Notes: a model not told the origin generated them from the letters alone. A DNA stretch of 64,000 bases from an uncultured Chromatiaceae bacterium (GCA_945787735.1 CALZIQ010000002.1:5654-69653); one strand, 5' to 3'; shown: positions 27,880 through 41,957, numbered from the stretch's first letter. Numbers and translations are program-made.

Positions 27880-29187
27880 ATGGAATTTGGGCTGACATTT
27901 TGCAATCTTTGCCTCTCGATGCTGATGGCGACTGCGTCGCTCGTGGTCTCGGCTGACACGCCCTTCGAGCGCGGTGTGAGCGCTTTTAAAGTGCAGAACT
28001 ATCAGTCAGCGCTGGAATGGTTCAAACAGTCACGCAGGGAAGGCAATGCTTCAGCGATTTTGGATTTTAATCTTGCTTCGAGTTACTACAAACTGGGGCG
28101 CTTGCCCGAGGCTAAACGCTATTACATCAAATCATCCAATAATAAAAATTTAGCTGCGCTGAGTTATTACAATCTTGGCCTGATTGCCTTGAGTGTCAAT
28201 GACAAACAGGCTGCCTATCAGGCCTTTCGCAGAAGTTTTGAAACTGCGCAGAATGATAGGCTCAAGTTTCTGGCGGCAAAACATCTTGATGAGTTGATGG
28301 CAGAGAACAAGGAAAAATCAGCGCCTGATGCTGTTTCTGGTTTTGTGAGTTTTGGTCTTGGCCATGACGATAATGTGGCCAATGTCAGCGACGATGTGAC
28401 GACAGTCAGCAATAAGTCAGACACTTACTTGGATCTGTTCGGTATTGTCAATTATCAGCTCAGTGGTAGCCGGCGTGACGGCGTCTACTTGAAGGCAGGG
28501 CTGGTGCTGACACGCTATGATGATCTCACCCGCTACAATGAGAATATGTTCAATCTCGGAATTTTTCTAACACAGCCGCTGGCGGATTGGAAAACGCGTC
28601 TCGGCTTGGTCTACTTTCATGACAGTCTTGATGGTGACTCATTTCAACAGCGTACTGCTTTACAGTTGCGTGCGGATAAATACTATTCGAAAGGACAACG
28701 ACTGAGGTTAAAGTACGAGTTAAGCCTTTATGATGATCTGGATGTGCGTTATGCCTATCTGAATGGTACACGGCAGCGCTTTACAATCGAGAATCGAAGT
28801 TATCTCAACAGGCATAGCTTACGTCTTGGTTACAGGTTGGAGACAAATCAGCGAGACAATCTTGTGTCTGCGTCCAGCTTTTTCAGCTATTCACCCACAC
28901 GCCAGAGTTTATATGGTTCATACGATTACATGTTTAGTGAGAAGTGGGGCGGGCAGTTGTCGGCTGAATATCGCGATAGTGATTATGAAGATGCCAATAT
29001 CAGTGCTGGTACGAATCTCGGTGTGCAGCACGATAAACGTAGCCGCTATGGCTTGACCGGAATCTACCGACTCAGTCGCGATAGCGAGTTGGAAATCGGT
29101 TGGCGTCATACCAATAATCGATCAAACATCAGTGCCGAGGTTTATGACAGTAGTGAGGTGATGTTAGGTATTAGTCACTTTTTCTGA
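27880..29187 (+). CDS. Outer-membrane beta-barrel with N-terminal TPRs (Slam/DUF560-like architecture)
   Basis: Signal peptide, TPR motifs (FNLASSYYKLG, YYNLGLIA), alternating amphipathic strands from GFVSFGLGHDDNV, C-terminal Phe (GISHFF). Confidence 0.72.
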   Translation: MEFGLTFCNLCLSMLMATASLVVSADTPFERGVSAFKVQNYQSALEWFKQSRREGNASAILDFNLASSYYKLGRLPEAKRYYIKSSNNKNLAALSYYNLGLIALSVNDKQAAYQAFRRSFETAQNDRLKFLAAKHLDELMAENKEKSAPDAVSGFVSFGLGHDDNVANVSDDVTTVSNKSDTYLDLFGIVNYQLSGSRRDGVYLKAGLVLTRYDDLTRYNENMFNLGIFLTQPLADWKTRLGLVYFHDSLDGDSFQQRTALQLRADKYYSKGQRLRLKYELSLYDDLDVRYAYLNGTRQRFTIENRSYLNRHSLRLGYRLETNQRDNLVSASSFFSYSPTRQSLYGSYDYMFSEKWGGQLSAEYRDSDYEDANISAGTNLGVQHDKRSRYGLTGIYRLSRDSELEIGWRHTNNRSNISAEVYDSSEVMLGISHFF

Positions 29188-29209
29188 GCATTCTTCATTA
29201 AATGCTTAG

Positions 29210-29368
29210 GGAGCCTCTGATTAATTATGAACGGTTGCTATGCGGCCAAAATCTCCAGCTCCTGCGTTGCAAATCTTGGCAATAGTCTGGCTATTACCTG
29301 CGATTTGCGCCTTGAATCTGAAAATTTTGACTCACACATCATTCCACCCATAGTTAATCAGAGGCTCC
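29210..29368. mobile_element. MITE, 159 bp
   Basis: 20-bp terminal inverted repeats GGAGCCTCTGATTAA(T/C)TATG (19/20 match) flanked by TTAG direct repeats (29206-09, 29369-72); internal nested palindrome; no transposase ORF. Confidence 0.85.
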
Positions 29369-33015
<3,647 letters not shown>

Positions 33016-33052
33016 ACTAAACTGGGGCCGGATAATCTGGCCCTGTTTTATT

Positions 33053-33451
33053 ATGTCCAGACAAGATTCCGAAACCGACACGATCCGCCTCGACAAATGG
33101 CTCTGGGCAGCACGCTTTTTCAAGACCCGCGGACTCGCTACCCAAGCTATTAACGGCGGTCATGTCCACCTGAATGGCTCACGAGTCAAACCCTCACGCA
33201 CTATCAAACTGGATGATGAGGTGCGCATCAGAAAGAGCAGTGTCGAGTTTATTATTCATGTAAGAGGCTTGTCCGATAAACGAGGCCCCGCGCCTGTGGC
33301 ACAGACGCTGTATGAAGAAACCGAAACCAGCCTGGCGCAACGCGAAAACCAGAAACAGCAGCGAAGCCTGATGGCCGATGCAGGACCAAGGCCGGACAAG
33401 CGGCCGAGCAAGCGCGACCGGCGTCATATCATCCGTTTTAGGCGCGGCTAA
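33053..33451 (+). CDS. hslR: Ribosome-associated heat shock protein Hsp15 (S4 domain)
   Basis: RLDKWLWAARFFKTR, RGPAPVAQTLYEET, RPSKRDRR. Confidence 0.93.
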   Translation: MSRQDSETDTIRLDKWLWAARFFKTRGLATQAINGGHVHLNGSRVKPSRTIKLDDEVRIRKSSVEFIIHVRGLSDKRGPAPVAQTLYEETETSLAQRENQKQQRSLMADAGPRPDKRPSKRDRRHIIRFRRG

Positions 33452-33633
33452 TCCTACTTGCTCTGTCGCACTCCGGACACAGATACCCTGTACTAAAATA
33501 TAGATGCCAGATACACCATTAGTCCGGCGTATGCTTACACTTGATCTTCATATGGCATGGCTTGTGTTCTATGGTTGATACAAAAATCAGTTTGTTAGCG
33601 TACAAATTAGTCCATCTCAAAAAGTTTTCTGAA

Positions 33634-33677
33634 AAACGATTAAACCGCTTGAATCGATTAAATCGATGTACTACTAT
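33634..33677 (+). promoter_or_regulatory. Four 9-bp direct repeats overlapping a sigma70 promoter
   Basis: AAACGATTA-AACCGCTTG-AATCGATTA-AATCGATGT (33634-33669); TTGAAT(33649)-17-TACTAT(33672). Confidence 0.65.
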
Positions 33678-33696
33678 GTTTTCACGGGAGAGCGCT

Positions 33697-34311
33697 ATGA
33701 ATCGGAACAGTCATGATCGTGCCTACATGACCCCCAACGAGGTGGCTGAGCTGCTCATGGTCTCTCCCGTTACTGTTAGACAGTGGGCTCAGAAAAAATG
33801 GATCCACGCAATCAGCACCGCAGGCGGCCATCGCCGCTTTCTTCGACATAATGTAGAACAGTTTGCTCGTGAACGTGGCATGGAGCTGGTCTCCGATGGA
33901 CCACCACGTGTGCTAGTCGTTGACGATAATCGTTCTTTTGCACGTTATCTAGCTGATCTCTTGGCCAACCAACCCAACCCTGTGGATACAGAAACGGCGC
34001 ATGACGGTTTTGATGCTGGCCGCAAGGTTTTGCAGTTTGCGCCGGATATAGTGCTGCTAGATTTAAAAATGCCGGGGATGGATGGGTTTTCGGTCTGTGA
34101 GCAGTTAAAACAAGACGACGTCACCAAACATATCCGTATTATTGCTATGACCGGTTATTACACTCCTGATAACGAAACCCGAATTCTTGAGGCAGGTGCT
34201 GAGGCTTGCCTGGCCAAGCCCTTTGATAAAAGTGTTTTGCTGGATGTGATGGGGCTTGAGCAAGTGGTTGCAGAAGAAACGATGGCAGTTGCCGGGGGGC
34301 ATGTCGGTTAA
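33697..34311 (+). CDS. Response regulator with N-terminal excisionase/BldC-like (HTH_17) domain and C-terminal receiver
   Basis: YMTPNEVAELLMVSPVTVRQW...TAGGHRRF; VLVVDD, LLDLKMPGMDG, KP. Confidence 0.9.
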   Translation: MNRNSHDRAYMTPNEVAELLMVSPVTVRQWAQKKWIHAISTAGGHRRFLRHNVEQFARERGMELVSDGPPRVLVVDDNRSFARYLADLLANQPNPVDTETAHDGFDAGRKVLQFAPDIVLLDLKMPGMDGFSVCEQLKQDDVTKHIRIIAMTGYYTPDNETRILEAGAEACLAKPFDKSVLLDVMGLEQVVAEETMAVAGGHVG

Positions 34312-34513
34312 CTTATGTAGTAGTTCGTTCTTGTTCCGTCACACCGCTCTAACTTTTCCTTCATAAAATTTATTCCAAAAAACTTCTACAGAATGAATCA
34401 AGGCCGGATAGATTCATTAGTTGCCTGCGCTGTTTTATATTTGGGCAATTTGAATATGAGTTCGGTATACTTTCTTTACTAAAAATAAATCCTTTAAAGT
34501 TACGGGGTTAGAG

Positions 34514-35626
34514 ATGAGCGGTTACCAGGGGATTATGGATTACCAACACAAAACCACAGAATGCACGGGCGTGCTGGTATGCAATTTGGGTTCGCCCGAT
34601 GCACCCACGCCAGCGGCGGTGCGCCGTTACCTGGGCGAGTTTTTATGGGATCCGCGCATCATCGAAATGTCACGGCCATTGTGGTGGTTGATCCTGCACG
34701 GCATCATTCTCCGTACTCGGCCGAAAAAATCGGCACGTGCGTATAAATCTGTTTGGACTGACGAAGGGGCGCCTCTTCTTGTGATCTCCAAACGGCAGAC
34801 CGAAGCACTGCGGCGTAGCTTGGAGACACGCATTGCCGGGCCAGTGCACGTCGAAATGGCGATGCGTTACGGCAAGCCTTCTATTGCCAGCGCCCTTAAG
34901 CGGCTGCAACAGGCCAATGCCCGTCGTATTCTGGTGTTACCGCTCTATCCGCAATATTCCGCCACTACCACGGCCTCGATTTTCGATGCAGTGATGGATG
35001 AAATTCAAACCTGGCGCTGGTTGCCCGAGATGCGCTATGTCAATCACTATCACGATGATAAACTTTTTATCCGCTCCTTGGCTCACAGTATTCTTGATCA
35101 CTTCAAGCGCGAGGGCAAACCACAAAAGCTGATCTTTTCCTTTCACGGTATGCCCAAACGCAATCTGCTCAACGGCGACCCCTATTTCTGCGAGTGTCAT
35201 AAAACGGCTCGACTGGCGGCTATACAGCTGGGTTTGACTGATGGGCAGTGGATGGTTACTTTTCAGTCGCGTTTTGGCAAGCTCGAGTGGCTCAAGCCCT
35301 ACACTGACAAAACGCTTGAGCAACTGCCAAAAGACGGCGTAAAAAAGGTAGCGATAGTGTGTCCGGCCTTTTCAGCCGACTGTCTTGAAACGCTCGAGGA
35401 AATCGAGGTCGAGAACAGGGAAATCTTTCTTAAAGCGGGGGGGGAATCCTTCGGTTATATCCCTGCCCTGAACGATCGTCAGGATCATATCGAGGCCCTG
35501 ACTGAATTGGCGCTGCGTCATATGCAGGGTTGGCCGGAGCTGGATTTAGAGTGGAATGCATCACAGGCCAGCCGTGAAGCTGAGGAACGTCTCGAGCTGG
35601 CCAGGGCCAAAGGTGCTAAGTTTTAA
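34514..35626 (+). CDS. hemH: Ferrochelatase
   Basis: NLGSP, MRYGKP, LPLYPQYSATT, FSFHG, FQSRFG..WLKP, DCLETLEE. Confidence 0.96.
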   Translation: MSGYQGIMDYQHKTTECTGVLVCNLGSPDAPTPAAVRRYLGEFLWDPRIIEMSRPLWWLILHGIILRTRPKKSARAYKSVWTDEGAPLLVISKRQTEALRRSLETRIAGPVHVEMAMRYGKPSIASALKRLQQANARRILVLPLYPQYSATTTASIFDAVMDEIQTWRWLPEMRYVNHYHDDKLFIRSLAHSILDHFKREGKPQKLIFSFHGMPKRNLLNGDPYFCECHKTARLAAIQLGLTDGQWMVTFQSRFGKLEWLKPYTDKTLEQLPKDGVKKVAIVCPAFSADCLETLEEIEVENREIFLKAGGESFGYIPALNDRQDHIEALTELALRHMQGWPELDLEWNASQASREAEERLELARAKGAKF

Positions 35627-36348
35627 TTTCTTTTCAGGTTGCTGAGACGGCATCCGGCTTCATCGCAGCGAAGACTGCTGTTTTGTGAATACCAGTCGCC
35701 CAACACAATACGTTGGGCGGGTTTGCCATCAATCTCCAGCACATGCACCGCTGGACGATGAGTGTGACCGTGAATTAGCTGGGTCACACTGTGTTTTTGC
35801 ATTGCCTCAATCACTGCTTGCGCGTTTACATCCATAATCTCGACCGATTTATTTTGGTTTCGGCTCATGCTTTCGGTTCGGTACTGACGTGCAATTTGGA
35901 TGCGTTGCTCCACACTCGCGGCCAAAAATTGTTGTTGCCATGCCGGACTGCGCAGTTGAGTGCGAAACTGAATGTATTCTTCGTCATCTGTGCAAAGACT
36001 GTCGCCGTGCATTAATAGCGTCGGTGTGCCATGCAGGTCGATGACCACAGGGTCATCGATCAGTTGGCAGCCGGTCATCGCTTCGAACTCCTTGCCCAAC
36101 AGAAAGTCGCGGTTGCCGTGCATCACATACACCGGCAGACCGCTATCGCAGAGTCGTCGCAGGGCTTCCAGCACTGTGCGATGTTCAGTTTGCACTGCGT
36201 CATCGCCGATCCAGACTTCAAACAGGTCGCCCAGAATATATAGTGCCTCGTTACCAGGAGCCTCTGTTGCCAGAAACTCTACAAATCGCTGGCAAATCTG
36301 CGGGTATTCATCACCTAGATGAATGTCGGAAATAAACAGTGTGGCCAA
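35623..36348 (-). CDS. lpxH: UDP-2,3-diacylglucosamine diphosphatase
   Basis: FISDIHL, LGDLFEVWIGDD, HGNRDFL, HGDSLCTDD, HGHTHRP, VLGDW. Confidence 0.96.
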   Translation of the reverse strand: MATLFISDIHLGDEYPQICQRFVEFLATEAPGNEALYILGDLFEVWIGDDAVQTEHRTVLEALRRLCDSGLPVYVMHGNRDFLLGKEFEAMTGCQLIDDPVVIDLHGTPTLLMHGDSLCTDDEEYIQFRTQLRSPAWQQQFLAASVEQRIQIARQYRTESMSRNQNKSVEIMDVNAQAVIEAMQKHSVTQLIHGHTHRPAVHVLEIDGKPAQRIVLGDWYSQNSSLRCDEAGCRLSNLKRN

Positions 36349-36349
36349 T

Positions 36350-36961
36350 TTATTGCCCGTTGGTTTCTTCAGCGGGCTCGTTTTGGTTTTTTACGACGAG
36401 TGTAGTGGTATGGATGGTGACAGGCTCAACTGGCACATCGCGGAACATGCCCCTGTTATCGGTAGCCACTACACGGATCTTATCGACAGTCTCCATGCCC
36501 TCGATCACCTTGCCAAACACGGCATAGCCCCAGCCGCGCAGATTGGGCGCGCTGTAATTAAGAAAATCATTGTCGACAGTGTTGATGAAAAACTGCGCTG
36601 TGGCGGAATTAGGATCCTGGGTACGTGCCATGGCGATGCTGCCACGCACGTTTTTCAGTCCGTTATCGGCTTCATTTTTGATCGGAGCGCGGGTATCTTT
36701 CTTTTTCAGCTGTGCATCAAAACCACCGCCCTGGATCATGAAGTCACTGATCACACGGTGAAAAATAGTGCCGTTATAAAAGCCGTCTTCGACATATTTA
36801 ATGAAATTAGCCACTGTGTTGGGAGCGGCCTTGGCATCGAGCTGCAGCACGATATTGCCGTGACTGGTTTCCACTTTAACGATGGGCGCATCGGATGCGG
36901 AGGCGATCTGCACCATCAAGCTGGCGCTAAAGATCAAAATGGTGGTGACAAACTTTTTCAT
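36350..36961 (-). CDS. Cyclophilin-type peptidyl-prolyl isomerase with signal peptide (PpiA/PpiB)
   Basis: [38 protein letters not shown]; MKKF signal peptide; cysS-ppi-lpxH synteny. Confidence 0.93.
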   Translation of the reverse strand: MKKFVTTILIFSASLMVQIASASDAPIVKVETSHGNIVLQLDAKAAPNTVANFIKYVEDGFYNGTIFHRVISDFMIQGGGFDAQLKKKDTRAPIKNEADNGLKNVRGSIAMARTQDPNSATAQFFINTVDNDFLNYSAPNLRGWGYAVFGKVIEGMETVDKIRVVATDNRGMFRDVPVEPVTIHTTTLVVKNQNEPAEETNGQ

Positions 36962-37141
36962 GCTGATTCCCCGTAACTCAAAACAAAGGCCCAATGATAT
37001 CGGTTTGGGAGGCTGAGAAAAAGGATAAGCTTCAATTATCAGTTGCTGTTTGTGGCGAAACTTAACAAACCGGAATTTTTGCACTAGTTCCGCTAAAATG
37101 GCCGCCTGACTGAATTCGGATGCAGGTAAAGGCGCCAGGCG

Positions 37142-38527
37142 ATGTTGCAAGTATTCAATAACCTAAGCAATAAAAAGGAAGTATTTAAGCCCATCAAGCC
37201 GGGCAAAGTGGGTATGTATGTCTGCGGGATGACCGTATATGACTACTGTCACGTCGGCCATGCCCGCGTGTTGGTTGTGTTCGACATGATCGCCCGTTAT
37301 TTGCGTTATTCCGGCTATGAGGTCACTTATGTGCGCAATATTACCGATATCGATGACAAGATCATCAATCGTGCCAACGAAAACGGTGAGAGCATCGACA
37401 ACCTGACGGGTCGCTTTATAGAAGCCATGCACGAGGATGCCGCGGCGCTGGGTGTTCTGCCGCCAGATCAGGAACCCAAGGCCACCACCTCCATGGATCA
37501 GATCATCGCTATGATTATCGCTTTGGTGGACAAGGGACTTGCCTACGCCGCCGACAACGGCGATGTTTATTACGATGTCAGCAAATTTGACGGTTACGGC
37601 AAGCTGTCAGGTAAAAAGATCGAAGATCTGCGTGCCGGTGAGCGTGTTGCAGTGGGTGAGGGCAAAGATGACCCGCTCGATTTTGTATTATGGAAAGCAG
37701 CTAAGCCAGATGAGCCGAGTTGGGAATCGCCCTGGGGGGCTGGGCGTCCTGGCTGGCATATCGAGTGCTCAGCCATGTCGACACACTGTCTTGGTGATCA
37801 CTTCGACATCCATGGTGGCGGTCTGGATCTGCAGTTTCCCCATCACGAAAACGAGATCGCCCAGAGTGAAGGGGCGACCGGCTGTCAGTTCGTCAATTAT
37901 TGGATTCACAACGGTTTTGTCCAGATAAAGGAAGAAAAGATGTCCAAGTCGCTGGGTAACTTTTTTACCTTGCGCGAAGTCTTGAAGCAATATGCCCCCG
38001 AAGTGATGCGCTATTTCATCCTGGCGAGCCACTATCGCAGCCCGCTGAATTACTCTGATCAAAACCTCGACAGTGCCAAAGCGGCATTGGAACGTTTTTA
38101 CACTGCCCTGCGTGGTACGGAAGTGACTGAGGTCGCTGATGGTGGTGAATATGAGGCGCGTTTCCGCAAGGCGATGGACGATGATTTCAACACCGCCGAG
38201 GCACTTGCTGTGTTATTTGATCTTGCCAATGTCCTGAATAGAGCCAAGGCAGATGGCAATGCCGAACTAGCTGGCCAACTTGCCGGGCAATTGCAATATC
38301 TCGCTGGTGTTCTCGGCCTACTGCAGGACGATGCCGAAGCATTCCTGAAAGGCAGTGGTGTTGCTGGCGGTCTAACTGATATGGAAATTGATGGCCTAAT
38401 TGAACAGCGCAACACGGCGAAAAAAGACAAAAATTGGGCCGAGGCTGATCGCATTCGCGACGAGTTACAGGCACAAGGCATTACTCTGGAGGACGGCGCT
38501 GGCGGCACCACGTGGCGGCGAGGCTGA
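37142..38527 (+). CDS. cysS: Cysteine--tRNA ligase
   Basis: [34 protein letters not shown]. Confidence 0.98.
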   Translation: MLQVFNNLSNKKEVFKPIKPGKVGMYVCGMTVYDYCHVGHARVLVVFDMIARYLRYSGYEVTYVRNITDIDDKIINRANENGESIDNLTGRFIEAMHEDAAALGVLPPDQEPKATTSMDQIIAMIIALVDKGLAYAADNGDVYYDVSKFDGYGKLSGKKIEDLRAGERVAVGEGKDDPLDFVLWKAAKPDEPSWESPWGAGRPGWHIECSAMSTHCLGDHFDIHGGGLDLQFPHHENEIAQSEGATGCQFVNYWIHNGFVQIKEEKMSKSLGNFFTLREVLKQYAPEVMRYFILASHYRSPLNYSDQNLDSAKAALERFYTALRGTEVTEVADGGEYEARFRKAMDDDFNTAEALAVLFDLANVLNRAKADGNAELAGQLAGQLQYLAGVLGLLQDDAEAFLKGSGVAGGLTDMEIDGLIEQRNTAKKDKNWAEADRIRDELQAQGITLEDGAGGTTWRRG

Positions 38528-38547
38528 CAGGTAACAAAAAAATAGAT

Positions 38548-38571
38548 AAAGCCGCCTTTGGGTGGCTTTTT
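38548..38571 (+). terminator. Intrinsic terminator after cysS
   Basis: AAAGCCGCC-TTTG-GGTGGCTTTTT. Confidence 0.8.
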
Positions 38572-38624
38572 AAATTGCAGTGATGGCACTAAGCTTTACT
38601 GAGAAGCGTGCCGTGCAGGGAAGC

Positions 38625-40064
38625 ATGAAAATTTTCCGACCAAAATCCATCCTTCAGTTAATCCTGATTGGTTTTGCCGTAGTGGCTTTGCCTCTGATTG
38701 TTGCATTAATTTATGCCGCGGTATCGGTGGATAGGTTGGCGGCGCAGAGCCAGCAATTGATCTCAGATGCCGTCAGGGCCACGGAGGGGGGGCGCGTGCT
38801 TGTTGACCAGATCACGGAAATGGAGCGTAATCTGCGCCAGTATCAGGTGTTGGGTGATGAGAAACTGCTACATGTCTATGAGGATAATCGTGCTGTGTTT
38901 AGCGAAACGCTGACAAGTTTGAGTCTGTTGCCACTGCCTGATTCATTGCGTCATCTTTCTAATCATCTGACTGAGGAAGAGGCGGGGTTTTATGCCGGCC
39001 TTCCTGATGACCAGGCCGCGCTGAAAAAGATCAAGGTTTCCGCGTCCTTCGAGCAACTCGCCAACCAGGCGCGTCAGATCGTGGTATTGAGTCAACGTCT
39101 GATAGATGAAGAAGTGGAAAAGAGTCTGGAATCGGCCCAACAAGCTAGACGCAATCTTTTCTGGCAGGCCTCGACATTAGTCCCGGTGGTGTTGTTGTTA
39201 CTGGCGTTTGTCGTAATTTTGATCAGGCAGCCCTTGCGGCGTCTAGATGAGGCCATTCGTCGTCTGGGCGGAGGTGACTTTTCGGTTGCGTTGAAACTTG
39301 AAGGGCCGCGCGATCTCGAACAGCTGGGTGAACGTCTTGACTGGATGCGCATACGCATGATGGAAGTTGAAGAGGATAAAAAACGTTTTTTGCGCCATAT
39401 CTCTCACGAACTGAAAACACCCCTGACTACGATTCGTGAAGGTTCGGAATTGTTGGTTGAAGAGATTCCCGGCATGTTGACCAAACAGCAACGTGAGATT
39501 GTTGAGTTGTTGCACCATAACGGTGTGCAATTGCAAAAACTGATAGAGGATCTACTCGATTACAATGCCGCCACACGAAACCCGGGACTGAACCTACAGC
39601 GCCTGCGCCTGGATAAGCTGGTCGATGCAGTGATTGATGAATATAAGGTTGCGGTGATGGCAAAGCGGTTGTGGTTTGAGGTTGATCTGGCCGAGGTTAC
39701 TCTGGTAGCTGATGCCGAAAAGTTGCGGATTATTATGGATAATTTACTGTCAAACGCCGTCAAGTTTTCACCCAATCAAGGAAGAATTAAAATTAAGTTG
39801 TGTCGTGATGAAATGGATGCCGTGCTTGATGTTCAGGACCAGGGGCCGGGGATATCATTTGAGCAGCGAGAGAAAATTTTCGATGCCTTCTACCAGGGTT
39901 CTGCACCCTATACTGGCCATGTTAGCGGTACAGGACTGGGGTTGTCGATAGTTCGCGAATACCTGCATGTGCATGACGGCACGATTGAGGTTGTCAACGA
40001 TGGTGGAGAGGGAGCGCATCTGCGCGTGCGACTGCCATTGCAACAGGAGTTGGAATCAGAATGA
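38625..40064 (+). CDS. glrK: Sensor histidine kinase GlrK/QseE-like
   Basis: RP.SILQL..GF, EMERNLRQYQVLGD, HAMP GPRDL, FLRHISHELKTPL, NAVKFS, GTGLGL. Confidence 0.85.
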   Translation: MKIFRPKSILQLILIGFAVVALPLIVALIYAAVSVDRLAAQSQQLISDAVRATEGGRVLVDQITEMERNLRQYQVLGDEKLLHVYEDNRAVFSETLTSLSLLPLPDSLRHLSNHLTEEEAGFYAGLPDDQAALKKIKVSASFEQLANQARQIVVLSQRLIDEEVEKSLESAQQARRNLFWQASTLVPVVLLLLAFVVILIRQPLRRLDEAIRRLGGGDFSVALKLEGPRDLEQLGERLDWMRIRMMEVEEDKKRFLRHISHELKTPLTTIREGSELLVEEIPGMLTKQQREIVELLHHNGVQLQKLIEDLLDYNAATRNPGLNLQRLRLDKLVDAVIDEYKVAVMAKRLWFEVDLAEVTLVADAEKLRIIMDNLLSNAVKFSPNQGRIKIKLCRDEMDAVLDVQDQGPGISFEQREKIFDAFYQGSAPYTGHVSGTGLGLSIVREYLHVHDGTIEVVNDGGEGAHLRVRLPLQQELESE

Positions 40065-40585
40065 TGAGTCGACGACAGGGATTGTCAATTGGGTTGGTGC
40101 TGATCGCGCTGATCACTGGCGGCTGTACCAAACTGTATACTGAGTTGCCACCGCCCCCCGTGGTTGTAGCGCCTGAGCCGGTGTTAGTATTTATTCCTGA
40201 ATCTGAGGGAATTCTAGATTATTTTTATGGCATTCAACACTGGCAGCTCGAGGATGTAAATTCTCACTTATCGGAATTGGAAAAGGCGTATGCTACACAG
40301 CCAGACGAGGCTTTGCGCCTGCGCTTGGCTATTGTGCTCGGTTTTGGGCGTTGCGCAGAATGTAAGCCAGCTCGGGCGATGAACTTGTTCAAGGAAGTCC
40401 GCGATACGGCGGATGATGGGGCATCTGTGGTGCTGGCGGATCTTTGTATTGATCTGCTCGAAGCCAGGTCTAGCATCGCTGCCACAAATAAGCAGCTGGT
40501 CAAGGAACAACAAATAGTTAAGGAACTGCAGCAGAAACTGAATGCCTTAACCTTGATTGAAGAAAGTTTGCATCAGCGCGAATAA
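40061..40585 (+). CDS. Lipoprotein between kinase and regulator (QseG-like)
   Basis: Lipobox-like ITGGC, C-terminal coiled coil ending KLNALTLIEESL; glrK-qseG-glrR arrangement. Confidence 0.7.
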   Translation: MMSRRQGLSIGLVLIALITGGCTKLYTELPPPPVVVAPEPVLVFIPESEGILDYFYGIQHWQLEDVNSHLSELEKAYATQPDEALRLRLAIVLGFGRCAECKPARAMNLFKEVRDTADDGASVVLADLCIDLLEARSSIAATNKQLVKEQQIVKELQQKLNALTLIEESLHQRE

Positions 40586-40607
40586 TCAGCGCATTAAGAG
40601 GGTTTGT

Positions 40608-41957
40608 ATGAATACAGCCAGGGTAATGGTGGTTGATGATGATCAAGGGTTACTGCGTTTGATGTCCATGCGTCTCGAGGCGGCGGGTTATAAGCCGTTG
40701 CCCGCGTCCAGTGGTGAGCAGGCGCTGGCGCAATTACCGGTGCTGCGGCCGCAGGTAGTGATTACAGATTTGCGCATGGAAGGCATGGATGGCATGGCTC
40801 TATTTAGTGCGATTCATGAACGTAACCCATCTTTGCCGGTGATTATGATGACGGCCCACGGCACTATTCCGGATGCAGTTAGCGCCACCAGCCAAGGGGT
40901 GTTTGGATTTTTGACCAAGCCACTTGATAGTAAATATCTGTTGGAGCTGGTCAAGCAGGCCGTCGCGCTGAGCGGAGAGCCTTCCCAGAATCATGAACAG
41001 GATGAAACCAGCGCCTGGTGTCGAGAGATTGTGACGCGCAGCCCGGTGATGGAAGAGCTGCTAAGCCAATCACGCATGATCGCAGCCTCTGATGTCAGTG
41101 TCTATATCCATGGTGAAAGTGGCAGCGGCAAGGAGCTTTTGGCTCGCGCCATTCACAATGCCAGTCCGCGCGCAGACAAGCCCTTTATTGCCGTTAATTG
41201 CAGCGCCATTCCGGAACAGCTGCTTGAGTCTGAGCTGTTCGGTCATCGCAAAGGTGCCTTTACCGGCGCGACGCATGATCACAAGGGGCTGTTTCAGGCG
41301 GCCCATGGCGGCACCTTGTTTCTGGATGAGATTGGCGACATGCCACCTGCCTTCCAGGCCAAACTACTCAGAGCCTTGCAGGAACACCATGTGCGTCCGG
41401 TGGGAGCGGTTGAATCCGTTGAGATAGATGTGCGCATGATCTCGGCTACGCATCGTGATCTTGAGCGGGCGATTGAGAGCGGTGAGTTTCGTGAAGACCT
41501 CTATTATCGACTCAATGTGGTGGCGCTGGAAATGCCGTCTCTGGGCGAGCGGCGCGAAGATATTTCTCTATTGGCTAACCATTTTCTGCAAAAACTGCGC
41601 GACAAGAATAAGAAAAATGTGAAGGGTTTTGCCTCGGAGGCGATCGAGATGTTGTTGCAGGCCCCCTGGCCCGGCAATGTGCGTCAGCTTTACAACGTGG
41701 TTGAACAAGCGTTTGTATTGGCAACTACGTCTATCATCCCGGCTCCCTTGGTGCAACGTGCCTTGCGCAGCAAACGTATGGAAATCATTCCTTTCGCCGA
41801 GGCGAGACAAAACTTTGAACGTGACTACCTGACCAAGCTACTACGCAGCACCAATGGCAATGTGACCCAGGCAGCACGACTTGCGCAACGCAATCGTACA
41901 GAGTTTTATAAATTGTTGAACAAATACCATCTCGCACCTGCGCTGTTTAAGGAATAA
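40608..41957 (+). CDS. glrR: sigma54-dependent response regulator GlrR/QseF-like
   Basis: TAHGTIPDAV, GESGSGKE, GAFTGA, GNVTQAARLAQRNRTEFYKLL (GlrR-type HTH). Confidence 0.9.
   Translation: MNTARVMVVDDDQGLLRLMSMRLEAAGYKPLPASSGEQALAQLPVLRPQVVITDLRMEGMDGMALFSAIHERNPSLPVIMMTAHGTIPDAVSATSQGVFGFLTKPLDSKYLLELVKQAVALSGEPSQNHEQDETSAWCREIVTRSPVMEELLSQSRMIAASDVSVYIHGESGSGKELLARAIHNASPRADKPFIAVNCSAIPEQLLESELFGHRKGAFTGATHDHKGLFQAAHGGTLFLDEIGDMPPAFQAKLLRALQEHHVRPVGAVESVEIDVRMISATHRDLERAIESGEFREDLYYRLNVVALEMPSLGERREDISLLANHFLQKLRDKNKKNVKGFASEAIEMLLQAPWPGNVRQLYNVVEQAFVLATTSIIPAPLVQRALRSKRMEIIPFAEARQNFERDYLTKLLRSTNGNVTQAARLAQRNRTEFYKLLNKYHLAPALFKE

Noticed and set aside
33541-33696. N-terminal extension RLNRLNRLNR of the response regulator
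   Set aside because: Better explained as translated operator repeats; an RBS-like GGAGAG precedes ATG 33697
36323-36976. 217-aa plus-strand ORF and the other long antisense ORFs (e.g. 31153-31692, 50999-51586, 55659-56210)
   Set aside because: Shadow frames opposite well-conserved genes, with no recognisable motifs
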